The notes beneath the pieces were generated by a model. It saw nothing but the letters and a program-made list of their open reading frames with translations. It did not search any database and was not told where the DNA came from. 64,000 bases of DNA from a virus (lineage: Duplodnaviria; Caudoviricetes), in IMG/VR virus record IMGVR_UViG_2935269657_000002, positions 6,046 through 70,045 of that record; one strand, written 5' to 3'. The translations under genes were made by a program, and so were the position numbers. Positions 1 to 9,104 of the stretch are shown here, piece after piece. Within the stretch, counting starts at the first letter, position 1. Every line of letters begins with the position of its first letter.

Positions 1-2
1 CC

Positions 3-1028
3 GTCACGATCAACGCCCATCAACTCGGTCGACTCATCGACAAGACGATCGACCACATGGGCTCCGAGTACGTCGAGACACTCCACGGCATCCGACTCGA
101 CGTCGACGCCAAGTACCTGTACGCGGTCGCGTCCGACCGGTACACGATCGCTGTCGCCCGCTACCAGTTGAACGATGACGATCAGCAGCAGGAGCCGTGG
201 GCGCGCACTATCGCCGCTGCGTACCTGCGCTCCATCCGTGAGTGGATCCAGAGCATGGAGGGCGCCGGACTCGTCACGATCGACACAGCCGAGGACCGGC
301 TCGTCTTCAAGGGGCCGCAGAGCGACGTGAGCATCGCCGTCAGCACGGGCCTCGAATTCCCGGACTGGCGCGGCATCCTCCGCGCCCAGGTCGAGGAGAC
401 CGCCGACAGCAACACGTTCCCGGCCCTGAACGCCGGCTACCTGGCTCGGTTCCACAACGGCGACATCATCCGCGTCCGCCTCCTCGGCGACGAGAAGCCG
501 GTGCTCGTCTTCGCCAAGGACTTCATCGGCGCGCAGATGCCGACCCGCCACGCCGGTCTCTACCCGGCGGCCAAGGAGACCTTCGACGAAGCCCACCAGT
601 CGTGGCTGTGGACGCTCGCAGCTGGCTCCAAGGACGCCAGCATGGACGGCGCCGCCTACGAGGAGGACCGGCCCCGCTACGAGGTCACCACCGACATCCG
701 TAAGACCGGCGAGGGGTTGCTCCAGCAGACCCTCAGCTCGGGCTGGGACATGAGCGGCAAGTCCGCCCGCCTCCCGGACGAGTTCCTCGCCCACGTCATC
801 GGCGCGGTCAACGGCTGGGCTGCCTTCCGGTACCTCAACGCCCTGTACAACGCCGACCCGCGAGCCGCCGCTGCGATCGTCGCCGAGGTCGCCGACGAAC
901 TCGACTCCGGCGAGATCAGCGAGTTCGCGTGGGACGCCGCCAAGAAGGCCGGCTTCGACCCGCAGAAGTGGCACGACGACTACGAGGCCCACCTCAAGAA
1001 GCTCGCCGAGGCCGAGGCCGCCGCCTGA
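3..1028 (+). CDS. DNA polymerase III beta-clamp-like domain protein (start upstream of window)
   Basis: Frame open from base 3; motifs LYAVASDRYTIAVAR and FPDWRGIL resemble beta-clamp ATDRYRLA and FPDY motifs. Confidence 0.6.
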   Translation, partial: VTINAHQLGRLIDKTIDHMGSEYVETLHGIRLDVDAKYLYAVASDRYTIAVARYQLNDDDQQQEPWARTIAAAYLRSIREWIQSMEGAGLVTIDTAEDRLVFKGPQSDVSIAVSTGLEFPDWRGILRAQVEETADSNTFPALNAGYLARFHNGDIIRVRLLGDEKPVLVFAKDFIGAQMPTRHAGLYPAAKETFDEAHQSWLWTLAAGSKDASMDGAAYEEDRPRYEVTTDIRKTGEGLLQQTLSSGWDMSGKSARLPDEFLAHVIGAVNGWAAFRYLNALYNADPRAAAAIVAEVADELDSGEISEFAWDAAKKAGFDPQKWHDDYEAHLKKLAEAEAAA

Positions 1029-1156
1029 CCACACCACCCATAGCCCGCCGTGTCGAGCGAGCCAGGCCAGCTCCGCGGCATCCCAGGGCAGCTCGCCCCG
1101 CATCCCCCGGTCGGGGCGAGCTGTCCGCCCCTCAGCACACCCTCAAGGAGCGTCAC

Positions 1157-1486
1157 GTGAGCACCACAAGCCCCACTATTCCGGCAGAAACCGCCCGCCA
1201 CGTGCTGTGGCGCTACGACCGCAAGGGCGGCTGCCAGCCGGGCCCGTTCACCGAACACCTCATGGCCGCCATCGAGCACGCCGACTACCAGAACCGGGCG
1301 ATCCTGCGCGACGCCTACCCGGCGCTCTCCGAGGCCCTGCACCTCGCACGCTACGACGAGGAAGGCCTCGCCAAACTCCAGCGCATCGCCCGCGGAGAAG
1401 GCCCGCTCGGCTGCAAGTGCGGCGACACCGCCGGCCCGTTCGACCTCCAGGGCCGCTGCGAGACGTGCGCAGAGGCCGCCGCATGA
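1157..1486 (+). CDS. Hypothetical phage protein with C-terminal Cys cluster
   Basis: AAGGAG RBS before GTG; stop overlaps next ATG (ATGA). Confidence 0.75.
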   Translation: MSTTSPTIPAETARHVLWRYDRKGGCQPGPFTEHLMAAIEHADYQNRAILRDAYPALSEALHLARYDEEGLAKLQRIARGEGPLGCKCGDTAGPFDLQGRCETCAEAAA

Positions 1487-2349
1487 CCGCCGCCGTCGAG
1501 GCCGAAGCCCCGGCCGTCGTCGACGGACTCCCCGCCGACGAGTACCACGCGGACACGGCGTCGGTCTCCTCGTCCGGTCTGCGCGCCCTGCTCGCCCCGG
1601 GCTGCCCCGCACAGTTCAAGTACGACCGCGAGCACCGGCAGGCTCCGAAGCGGGAGTTCGACCTGGGGCATGCGGTGCACGCCGAAGTGCTAGGGGCGGG
1701 CGAGGAGTTCGTCGTCACCGAGTGGGATGACTGGCGCACCAAGGCCGCTCGCGAAGAGCGCGACGAGATCCGCTCGGCTGGCGCCGTACCGCTCCTGTTC
1801 CATGAGGGCGAGCAGGTCAAGGCCATGGCCGATGCTGTTCGAGCGCACCCGGACGCCGGCCCGCTGCTGGCCTTGCCCGGCACGTCCGAGCAGTCGATCT
1901 ACTGGACCGACCCTGCCACCGGCGTCCGCTGCCGTGTGCGTCCAGACCGGCTGATCCAACTGCCGCAGACCACCCTCGTCATCGACATCAAGACGACAAC
2001 GGATGCCAGCCCGGACGCGTGCAGCAAGTCGATCGAGTCCTACAGCTACCACCAGCAGGGCGCCCTCTACATCGACGGCGTTCAGGCCGCGGGACTCGCT
2101 CCCGAGGGCGCCCGCTTCATCTGGATCTTCGTGTCGAAGAAGCCGCCGCACCTCGTCACGGTCCGCGAACTCGCGGACCAGGACCAGGACATCGGCCGCG
2201 CCCGCAACGAACGCGCCCTCCGCATCTACCGCGAGTGCGAATCCACCAGCACCTGGCCGGACTGGACCGGACCCGTCCCCACCATCCCCCAGCTCGGCCT
2301 TCCGACCTGGGCCGCCATCCGACAGTTCGAGGAGTACATCGGTGAGTAA
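1483..2349 (+). CDS. recE: RecE/exonuclease VIII-like PD-(D/E)XK nuclease
   Basis: EYHAD..SSSGLRALL, EQSIYWTD, RCRVRPD, IDIKTT, YHQQGALY motifs. Confidence 0.85.
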   Translation: MTAAVEAEAPAVVDGLPADEYHADTASVSSSGLRALLAPGCPAQFKYDREHRQAPKREFDLGHAVHAEVLGAGEEFVVTEWDDWRTKAAREERDEIRSAGAVPLLFHEGEQVKAMADAVRAHPDAGPLLALPGTSEQSIYWTDPATGVRCRVRPDRLIQLPQTTLVIDIKTTTDASPDACSKSIESYSYHQQGALYIDGVQAAGLAPEGARFIWIFVSKKPPHLVTVRELADQDQDIGRARNERALRIYRECESTSTWPDWTGPVPTIPQLGLPTWAAIRQFEEYIGE

Positions 2350-3199
2350 CGAGATCGCCACCCGCGACGAGCAACAGGCTGCTGCTGTACCGCAGCCCGC
2401 CAATCAGCCGGTCGAATCGAGCCTGCAGAAGTGGGCGCAGGAAGCGTCCGCCATCTCCGGCATCGCTAATGCCATCGCCGGAACATCCCTCGCCGGCGCC
2501 TACCGCAACGACCGTGACGCCATCGTCGCCGTCATCCTCGCCGGGCACGAGGTCGGCCTCAAGCCGATGACTTCCCTGAAGAGCATCGACGTGATTCAGG
2601 GCCAGCCCGCGCTGCGGGCCCATGCCATGCGGGCCATCGTCCTCAAGGCCGGCCACGAAATCGAACTCGTCGAGTCCGACGCCCAGCACTGCGTCATGCG
2701 AGGCCGCCGCAAGGGGGCCGAGGCCTGGCAGACCGTCGAGTGGGACATGCGCCGCGCCGCACAAATGAAGCTCACCGACAAGGCCGAGTGGAAGAAGCAG
2801 CCGAAGACGATGCTGATCGCCCGCGCCACGGGCGAGATCTGCCGCCTCGTCGCAGCGGATGCGCTGCACGGCATGCCGTATGTCGCCGAAGAGTTGGGCG
2901 GCTATGTGCACGGCGAGATCGTGCAGCCCAAGCAGGCGCCGCTGTCCGTCGCAGCGCTCGCCGCGCCCGCCGAGCCGCAGCCGACCACCTCAGACGTCGT
3001 CGATGTTGAGACCGACGACGAGCACGCCGAAGCCGTCCAGGAACTCCGCGAGTTCGGCGAGCAGCAAGGTATCGCCGACGACATCGACCGGCTCGCCTAC
3101 GAAGCCCTCGGCGCCCCGCTCGAACACGTCGGCGCACAGGCCATCCGCGACCTCACCGGCAAGCTCCGCACCGCGGCACAGCAGGGCGGTGCCGCATGA
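2342..3199 (+). CDS. RecT-like single-strand annealing protein
   Basis: Follows the RecE-like gene; GHEVGLKPMTSLKSIDVIQGQP and WKKQPKTMLIARA motifs typical of actinophage RecT-like proteins. Confidence 0.75.
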   Translation: MSNEIATRDEQQAAAVPQPANQPVESSLQKWAQEASAISGIANAIAGTSLAGAYRNDRDAIVAVILAGHEVGLKPMTSLKSIDVIQGQPALRAHAMRAIVLKAGHEIELVESDAQHCVMRGRRKGAEAWQTVEWDMRRAAQMKLTDKAEWKKQPKTMLIARATGEICRLVAADALHGMPYVAEELGGYVHGEIVQPKQAPLSVAALAAPAEPQPTTSDVVDVETDDEHAEAVQELREFGEQQGIADDIDRLAYEALGAPLEHVGAQAIRDLTGKLRTAAQQGGAA

Positions 3200-3831
3200 G
3201 CATCGACCACCGTGCCGAAGCGCTCCGCCTTGCCGAGGAGTCCCACGGCGTACTGCGGCCGAACGACGAAGGCCCCTGCGAGGCCGACCGCCTCCTCATG
3301 GAAGCCCAGATGCACGCCACCCTCCACCGCGGCGACGAGCGGGCGTCCACTGCCCAAGACGTGCGGGACGCGCTCACGCTGCTGCGGCGCCGCGAGTACG
3401 CCATCCGCGAGCTCGTCTCTCAGCACATCGCGATGGGACTCGCCAGCCGCGACAAGGACCGCTGGAAGGCGGCCATCGACCTCTCCAGGGCGCTCGACGA
3501 AGCCGACTGCAACATGGACGCCCTCGTCGACGCCCGGCTCTCCGACAACGGATGGGACCCGCGGTCCGCATACAAGACCCCGGCATCCCTCACGGCGTCC
3601 GACGACCCGTGGGCGCCAACCCCGGACATCGCCGCCGCGATTCCCGACCGCGTCCGGCGTGTCCTCGTCGAGTACCTGGCCGCCGCACTCCTCAGCAAGG
3701 GCGACGCCCACGGAGTCGGCCGGACGATCACCTTCGCCCTGAAGGACGCGGGCGCCGACCTCACCGGCGACATCGAGAAGCAGATCGCCGCCCTCACCCT
3801 CGGCGCCGACCCGTCCGACCCGCCGTTCTAG
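3196..3831 (+). CDS. Hypothetical protein
   Basis: ATGA-coupled ORF with strong GC3 bias. Confidence 0.75.
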   Translation: MSIDHRAEALRLAEESHGVLRPNDEGPCEADRLLMEAQMHATLHRGDERASTAQDVRDALTLLRRREYAIRELVSQHIAMGLASRDKDRWKAAIDLSRALDEADCNMDALVDARLSDNGWDPRSAYKTPASLTASDDPWAPTPDIAAAIPDRVRRVLVEYLAAALLSKGDAHGVGRTITFALKDAGADLTGDIEKQIAALTLGADPSDPPF

Positions 3832-3893
3832 CCCGCACACGCCAGGGCCGCCCGCGGGCAGTGCGGGCGGCCCCCCCAACAGGAGACCACGAC

Positions 3894-4139
3894 ATGACCG
3901 TTCGAACCATGCACCAGGCCGAGGCGGACCTCCGGGTCGCACTCGCCGCCCTTGCCGAGAGCTGGGAGCGCAGGGCGAGGAGCGCCGAGTCCCGCGCCGA
4001 CGGCGGCACCGGCCTCGGGGTGCTCGCGGCCGTCAATGACGGTCGAGCCCGCACCTACCGCCAAGCCGCCGCAGACATCCGTGAAGTCCTTCGCGCCGGC
4101 CGCACCCCGCACCACCTGAGGGCCGACGCCGAGCAGTAG
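3894..4139 (+). CDS. Hypothetical protein
   Basis: AGGAG RBS; flanked by hairpins. Confidence 0.7.
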   Translation: MTVRTMHQAEADLRVALAALAESWERRARSAESRADGGTGLGVLAAVNDGRARTYRQAAADIREVLRAGRTPHHLRADAEQ

Positions 4140-4215
4140 CCCGCACACGTCCGAGTCGGCCGCGGGCAAGGCGGCCGACTCGGAACCCAGCATCCCACCC
4201 CGGAAGGACACCGTA

Positions 4216-4491
4216 ATGAGCAAGCCCGCCGCCCGCGTCCTCGACATAGACGAACTGGACAAGCCGGCCACCGACCTGATCGGCACGGCCCGCCGCTCCC
4301 CGAACGGTACGCGCCTCGCGATCCTCTGGCCGTCCCCGCCGAACCCTGCCCGCTGGATGGTCACCGACCGGTGGGGCTCCACCGGCTACGAAACCGACGA
4401 GGTAGTCGCCGACTGGCCCGTCGTCGGGGCCGTCCCGTTCAGCCCCGCCGCCGGGATGGAGCTCGCCGAGATCAAGGAGGCCGGGCGATGA
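4216..4491 (+). CDS. Hypothetical protein
   Basis: AAGGA RBS; overlaps next start. Confidence 0.7.
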   Translation: MSKPAARVLDIDELDKPATDLIGTARRSPNGTRLAILWPSPPNPARWMVTDRWGSTGYETDEVVADWPVVGAVPFSPAAGMELAEIKEAGR

Positions 4492-4862
4492 CCAAGCAAC
4501 TCAGCGTCGCCGAGCGCCTGGCCGCCGACAAGAAGAACCTGCTCCTCGACGACATCGTCCGCCAGTCCGAGTGGTCGCTGTTCCTCGTCGAGCAGGCCAT
4601 CCTCCACTTCGGCTCGCAGCGTGCCGAGTTCAGCTGCAACGACCTGCGGGACGTGCTGCCCGAGCTCGGCCACGGCTTCCTCGGCGCCGCCATCAACGGC
4701 CTGCGCCAAGGCAAGGTCATCGAGCGGACCGGCCAGTACGTGCCGTCGACGTCGGCCGCCACCCACGCGCACATCATCGCCGTCTGGCGACTGACCGCCG
4801 ACGGCCGGCGCATCGCCTGCCAGCGCCGCAACGCCCGCGCCCAGCAAAGGCGGGCAGCCTGA
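4488..4862 (+). CDS. Winged-helix-like hypothetical protein
   Basis: FSCNDLRDVLP...GAAINGLRQGKVIERTG...VWRLT pattern. Confidence 0.6.
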   Translation: MTKQLSVAERLAADKKNLLLDDIVRQSEWSLFLVEQAILHFGSQRAEFSCNDLRDVLPELGHGFLGAAINGLRQGKVIERTGQYVPSTSAATHAHIIAVWRLTADGRRIACQRRNARAQQRRAA

Positions 4863-4966
4863 TGTGTTTCTACGCCCTCATCGCGGGCCTGTCCGGCCTC
4901 GCCGTCAGCACGCTCGGCGCGCTGTACGCCGTCACCGCGGACCGCAGGCACAGGAGGCGGACGTGA
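4862..4966 (+). CDS. Small membrane peptide
   Basis: TGATG coupling; one hydrophobic helix followed by a basic tail. Confidence 0.5.
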   Translation: MCFYALIAGLSGLAVSTLGALYAVTADRRHRRRT

Positions 4967-5178
4967 AGGCCGATGCGCTCGCCCTGCTCGACACCTACGT
5001 GACCGCCCTGCAGTGGGCCGAACGCGCCTGGTACGCGGCGCTGACCCTCCTCCTGGCCTTCGCCGCCTGGCTGGTCATCGCCATCGGGCGCCGCGTCTTC
5101 GACCGGATCGCCGACTCGTTCACCCGCGCTCACCAGACCATCGCCGACATTCAGCAGACGAGGGAGGAGGAGCTGTGA
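4963..5178 (+). CDS. Small membrane protein
   Basis: GGAGG RBS, GTG start, hydrophobic helix. Confidence 0.6.
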   Translation: MKADALALLDTYVTALQWAERAWYAALTLLLAFAAWLVIAIGRRVFDRIADSFTRAHQTIADIQQTREEEL

Positions 5179-6065
5179 CAACTGCCGCCCCTGCCGAAGC
5201 CTTTGAACACGGCGACGAAAAGCGCTACCGCCGCGGATGCCGCTGCCAGAAGTGCCGGGCCGGAGCCAACGCGGCAAACATCCGCCGCCGCTACCTCCGC
5301 CAGACCGGACGCGGCATCGAACGCACCCCCGACCAGGCCGCCGACCACCTCCTTCGCCTGCGGGCCGCCGGCCTCAACGACAAGACCATCCGGCAGCAGA
5401 CCGGCCTGTGCCCCGACGTCATGTACCGGATCCTCCGCCGCGAGGGCACCATCCATGCCCGCACCGAACTCCGCATCACGAACGTTCCCGTACCTGCCCG
5501 CACCGGCCTGACCGGGGGACGCGCCTACATTCCCAGCCGCGGCACCGTGCGACGCCTTCGCGCGCTGATCGCGGCGGGCTGGTACATGGCCGAACTCGCC
5601 CGGCGCCTCGGCAAGCAGAAGGAAAACCTCAAGCAGATTATCGACCGCGGCGAGAACGGCCAGGTCGCCCAGTACGTAGCCGACGAGGTGCGAGCCCTCT
5701 ACGCCGAGCTGCACAACCAGAAGCCCGAAGAGCACGGCGTCTCGCGCGCCTACGCCGACCGGGCCCGCGCATACGCAGCGGCACGGAGCTGGGCGACACC
5801 GGACTACTGGGACGACGACGACTTCGACAACCCGGACTTCGTTCCCGCAGACCGCGGTGCCGAGCTCAGCCGCAACCAGCTCGGCGCCCTCCGCCGCGCC
5901 GAGATCGAGCACCTCACCACCTTCAACCTCAGCCACCAGGAGATCGCGGCACGGCTCGGGATCAGCGAGGCCTACGTCCGCGACCTCGCCCGCGAGATCA
6001 CCACCGGGGTGCGTCGCGTCAGGCCCCCCGAGGGCGCCGCAGCCAGCCCCTACCTCGCCGCGTGA
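5175..6065 (+). CDS. Multi-HTH DNA-binding protein with N-terminal H-x-CRCxxC zinc motif
   Basis: HGDEKRYRRGCRCQKC; HTH-like segments MAELARRLG and LSHQEIAARLGISEAYV. Confidence 0.7.
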   Translation: MTTAAPAEAFEHGDEKRYRRGCRCQKCRAGANAANIRRRYLRQTGRGIERTPDQAADHLLRLRAAGLNDKTIRQQTGLCPDVMYRILRREGTIHARTELRITNVPVPARTGLTGGRAYIPSRGTVRRLRALIAAGWYMAELARRLGKQKENLKQIIDRGENGQVAQYVADEVRALYAELHNQKPEEHGVSRAYADRARAYAAARSWATPDYWDDDDFDNPDFVPADRGAELSRNQLGALRRAEIEHLTTFNLSHQEIAARLGISEAYVRDLAREITTGVRRVRPPEGAAASPYLAA

Positions 6066-6151
6066 TGGCCCGTCTGCCGCGCGCCGGGCCCTGACCCCCG
6101 CCCGCACACGCCGCCAGCCCTTCATGCAGTTGCGATCGAGAGAAGACAGCC

Positions 6152-7048
6152 GTGGGAATCCGCCTGATTGTCGAGGTGCTCACCAGCGCCCCCGAGTCCC
6201 TGACGCACCGGGAGAAGCTGCTTCTTGTCGTGCTGGCCGAGGACGCCAATGAGGACACGCGCGTCACGTGGAACAGCGTCGAGCGCTCCGAAGTGCTCCG
6301 CGGCGCCAAGCTCAGTCGATCCCAGCTGTACGCGGTCCTCAAGTCGCTCACGACCAAGGGCGCGATCGAGAAGCTGACGGCTGGCCAGAAGAACGGTGCC
6401 GCGAAGTATCGGATCGCCAAGTTCCCCGAATCTCAGTGTCAGGGAAACCGGGACGCTGAGCCGCCCTCTCAGGGTCCGCAAAATCCTGACACTGAGACCC
6501 CTCAGCGTCCCGGATTCCCTGACACTGAGCCGAACGGTCAGTGTCAGGAAAACGCGGACACTGAGCCGTCTCAGTGTCAGGGAATCCGGGACGTCAGTGT
6601 CAGGGAATCCGGGACACCTACCCCTCTTAACCCCTCAACTACTACCCCTCTAGCTAGCACGCAGGGGGGAGCGCCCGGCGAGATCGACTACGGCATCCCC
6701 GAAGCGGCCCGCCCGCTCGTGGATGGGATCACCGCGGCAGGCGTCTTCGTCCGATGGCCCTTCAAGGGCAACTCGTGGTTCCCCGTGCTCGCCATGATCG
6801 ACAAGAGCGGCATCAAGGCCATGGTCGACCACGCCCTGAAGGCCGCCTCCCGGACCGACGTCGAGTCCGCGAACTACTTCCTCAAGGGCTGGGGTGAACT
6901 CCCACCCATCCCGGGGCCGGACGTCGAGCGCCCCAAGCTCCGCCCCGTCGGTAGCAAGAAGCACCAGCCGTACATGCCTCCCACTGATCACTCCGTCTAC
7001 GAGAACGGATTCCACAGCCATGCCCGAACCCAAGCCTCTGGCGAGTGA
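6152..7048 (+). CDS. Phage replication initiator (lambda O-like organisation)
   Basis: N-terminal wHTH (LTHREKLLLVVLAEDA), internal DNA repeat array, followed by a DnaC-like ATPase. Confidence 0.75.
   Translation: MGIRLIVEVLTSAPESLTHREKLLLVVLAEDANEDTRVTWNSVERSEVLRGAKLSRSQLYAVLKSLTTKGAIEKLTAGQKNGAAKYRIAKFPESQCQGNRDAEPPSQGPQNPDTETPQRPGFPDTEPNGQCQENADTEPSQCQGIRDVSVRESGTPTPLNPSTTTPLASTQGGAPGEIDYGIPEAARPLVDGITAAGVFVRWPFKGNSWFPVLAMIDKSGIKAMVDHALKAASRTDVESANYFLKGWGELPPIPGPDVERPKLRPVGSKKHQPYMPPTDHSVYENGFHSHARTQASGE
6432..6617. repeat. Iteron-like array, probable phage origin of replication
   Basis: Four 29-bp imperfect palindromes CTCAGTGTC-N11-GACACTGAG at 6432, 6468, 6501, 6537, plus two partial copies at 6570 and 6593. 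Confidence 0.8.
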
Positions 7049-7757
7049 GGCCGTCATGCAGCGCATGCAGCAGTTGCTCGAAGCGCGCGGCCTCGGTCAC
7101 GTCACCGCCGGCCCCATCGACGACGAGCCCACCCCCGACGAGCCCGGCCACCCCGAGTACCACCGCCGCCAGCGCGCCTCCATAGCTGTCGGCCGCTGGA
7201 GGACCGCCACCCCGTACCGCTACCAGAACGCCGTTGCCGACCACCCGCAGGTGACCGCCTGGGCGGAGCGGGCCATCGGCGACCCGCGCACCGCCGGAAT
7301 CCTGTTCCTCACCGGCCCGTTCGGAACCGGCAAGACCCACCAGGCCTACGGCGCGCTCCGCCGCATCGCCGAATCCGGGCCGGACCGCTTCGAGCTGATC
7401 GCCGTCACGGCTCCGGACATGTACGCCCTCATCCGGCCCGGCGGCAGCGACCGCGGACCCGAGCACGAAGTCCGGCGGCTCATGCGGATACCGCTGCTAC
7501 TGATCGACGACCTCGGCACCGAGAAGATCAGCGAGTTCACCGAGGAAGCCACCTACCGGATCTTGAACGAGCGGTACAACGAATGCCGCCCGCTGATCAT
7601 CACCAGCAACCTGCCCGTCGACTCCCGCGGCAGGGACGGCACCAAGCGAGGCCCCGACCTCCACGACCAGCTCGGCGCCCGCATCACCTCCCGCCTCGCC
7701 CAGACCACCACCGTCGTCCCCCTCGGCGGCAACGACCGACGGCTGGGGGCGGCGTGA
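7020..7757 (+). CDS. DnaC/IstB-like helicase loader ATPase
   Basis: Walker A GPFGTGKT, Walker B LLLIDDLG, ILNERY..PLIITSN, RITSRL. Confidence 0.9.
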   Translation: MPEPKPLASEAVMQRMQQLLEARGLGHVTAGPIDDEPTPDEPGHPEYHRRQRASIAVGRWRTATPYRYQNAVADHPQVTAWAERAIGDPRTAGILFLTGPFGTGKTHQAYGALRRIAESGPDRFELIAVTAPDMYALIRPGGSDRGPEHEVRRLMRIPLLLIDDLGTEKISEFTEEATYRILNERYNECRPLIITSNLPVDSRGRDGTKRGPDLHDQLGARITSRLAQTTTVVPLGGNDRRLGAA

Positions 7758-7993
7758 TGCAGAACGTCAACGACACCTGCCCGTCCTGCTGCAAGCGAGA
7801 CGTGGCGCCGCGGGTCGACGCCGAGGACTACGAGGGCAACCCGCACAGCGCCTACCGCTGCCCGGCGTGCGGCCACACCTGGTTCACCATCCGCAACGCC
7901 GAGCCCGCCCCGGACTACTACGCGACCTACGACGACCCGGATGCCTGGGAAGCCGAAGACGGCTTCAGCGACTACGACCGGCCGGAGTGGTGA
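7757..7993 (+). CDS. Zinc-ribbon protein
   Basis: CPSC...YRCPACGHTW. Confidence 0.7.
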   Translation: MQNVNDTCPSCCKRDVAPRVDAEDYEGNPHSAYRCPACGHTWFTIRNAEPAPDYYATYDDPDAWEAEDGFSDYDRPEW

Positions 7994-8328
7994 TGAGCGA
8001 CGCCCGGATCCCTGACGACGACGGCATCCAGCCCGCCGACATCAAGGCCGTGCGCAGCGAAGGCGGGGGCGAACTGCGGGCGTTGATGCGGGCGCAGATC
8101 GCGATTGGCCTGGCCCGCCGCGAACCCGCCGCCAAGGCCCCGCCGGCGCGACCTCCCGGGCACCGTCCGGGCGCGTGGCCGCCGGGTACCTCGTCGCCCG
8201 GCCCGCCGCCGGAGTGGCAGATCCCCGCCCGCGTGTGGCGGGCGGCGACCCGGCACTACAGCAACGCAATCCACCGACCTGATGAGCCCTGCGACTGCGG
8301 CAACTGCCCGCCCGAGGAGACCCGATGA
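7993..8328 (+). CDS. Hypothetical Pro-rich protein
   Basis: TGATG coupling. Confidence 0.65.
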   Translation: MSDARIPDDDGIQPADIKAVRSEGGGELRALMRAQIAIGLARREPAAKAPPARPPGHRPGAWPPGTSSPGPPPEWQIPARVWRAATRHYSNAIHRPDEPCDCGNCPPEETR

Positions 8329-8630
8329 CGATCCGTTCCGGCGCCCCGATGCCCGAGGGCCTGCGCCACTGGATGCGCGCCAAGGCCCACCCCGCCCGTT
8401 GCGTCGCCTGCCCGCACTGCGGGGCCGACGCCCACAAGCCGTGCCGTCTGCGCTCGTCCGGGCGGCTGCTCACCGAGCCGCACCCGCAGCGCATCTCCGA
8501 CTGGGCGCGCACCGTCGCCTGCTGCCCGGCCTGCCAGGTCGAGCCCGGCACCGCCTGCCACGACGACGGATGGGCTCGCCAGACGGTCCATGCCCGCCGC
8601 TACGAGGAAGCCGAGGAGACCGCCGCGTGA
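8325..8630 (+). CDS. Tandem zinc-finger protein
   Basis: Two CPxC-x6-C..H units. Confidence 0.75.
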   Translation: MTIRSGAPMPEGLRHWMRAKAHPARCVACPHCGADAHKPCRLRSSGRLLTEPHPQRISDWARTVACCPACQVEPGTACHDDGWARQTVHARRYEEAEETAA

Positions 8631-8902
8631 AGGTCCGCGCCGACATCGCCGCCCTGATCCGCGAGGGCCACACCAACGCGTCGATCGCCCACCGACTCGG
8701 CTGCACCGCAGCCGCCGTCGCACGAGCCCGCCACGCACTCCGCTACCCGCCCGCCGACACCCTCAGCCGCCTCTACGCCGAAGCAGCGCCCACCGGACGC
8801 GTCAAGGGCTACACGCCGCCCAAAGGCCGGCTGCCGCTGTCGCCGGCGCAACAGGCCGCGAACCGGGCCACGCTGCTAGCCGCGCTACGGGAGGCCGCGT
8901 GA
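8627..8902 (+). CDS. HTH protein
   Basis: LIREGHTNASIAHRLGC. Confidence 0.65.
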   Translation: MKVRADIAALIREGHTNASIAHRLGCTAAAVARARHALRYPPADTLSRLYAEAAPTGRVKGYTPPKGRLPLSPAQQAANRATLLAALREAA

Positions 8903-8983
8903 CGCCCGCCGCCTCCCGCCTACGGGGGACCGGTTTGCGGGTGTGGGGCGCGCCTGCCCCGAGAAGCTCGCCACGTTCTCGCC

Positions 8984-9017
8984 AGACGGCCTAACTCCCC
9001 GCCCGGGTCCCCTTTTC
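8984..9017. repeat. Dispersed 33-34 bp repeat, copy 1
   Basis: AGACGGCCTAACTCCCCGCCCGGGTCCCCTTTTC; first 20 bp identical to 13016-13035. Confidence 0.85.
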
Positions 9018-9104
9018 CTGTCCGCCCTCCTCCCAGCCCCTCCTGCGGCCTCTCAGCGCCTCGCGCCTCCACCCATCCCACCCCGACCTTGATCTGAAGG
9101 AGCA

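Noticed and set aside
6432-6617. Regularly spaced 29-bp palindromes as a possible CRISPR array
   Set aside because: Gaps are only 4-7 bp, the array lies inside a coding frame, and no cas genes are present; iterons fit better
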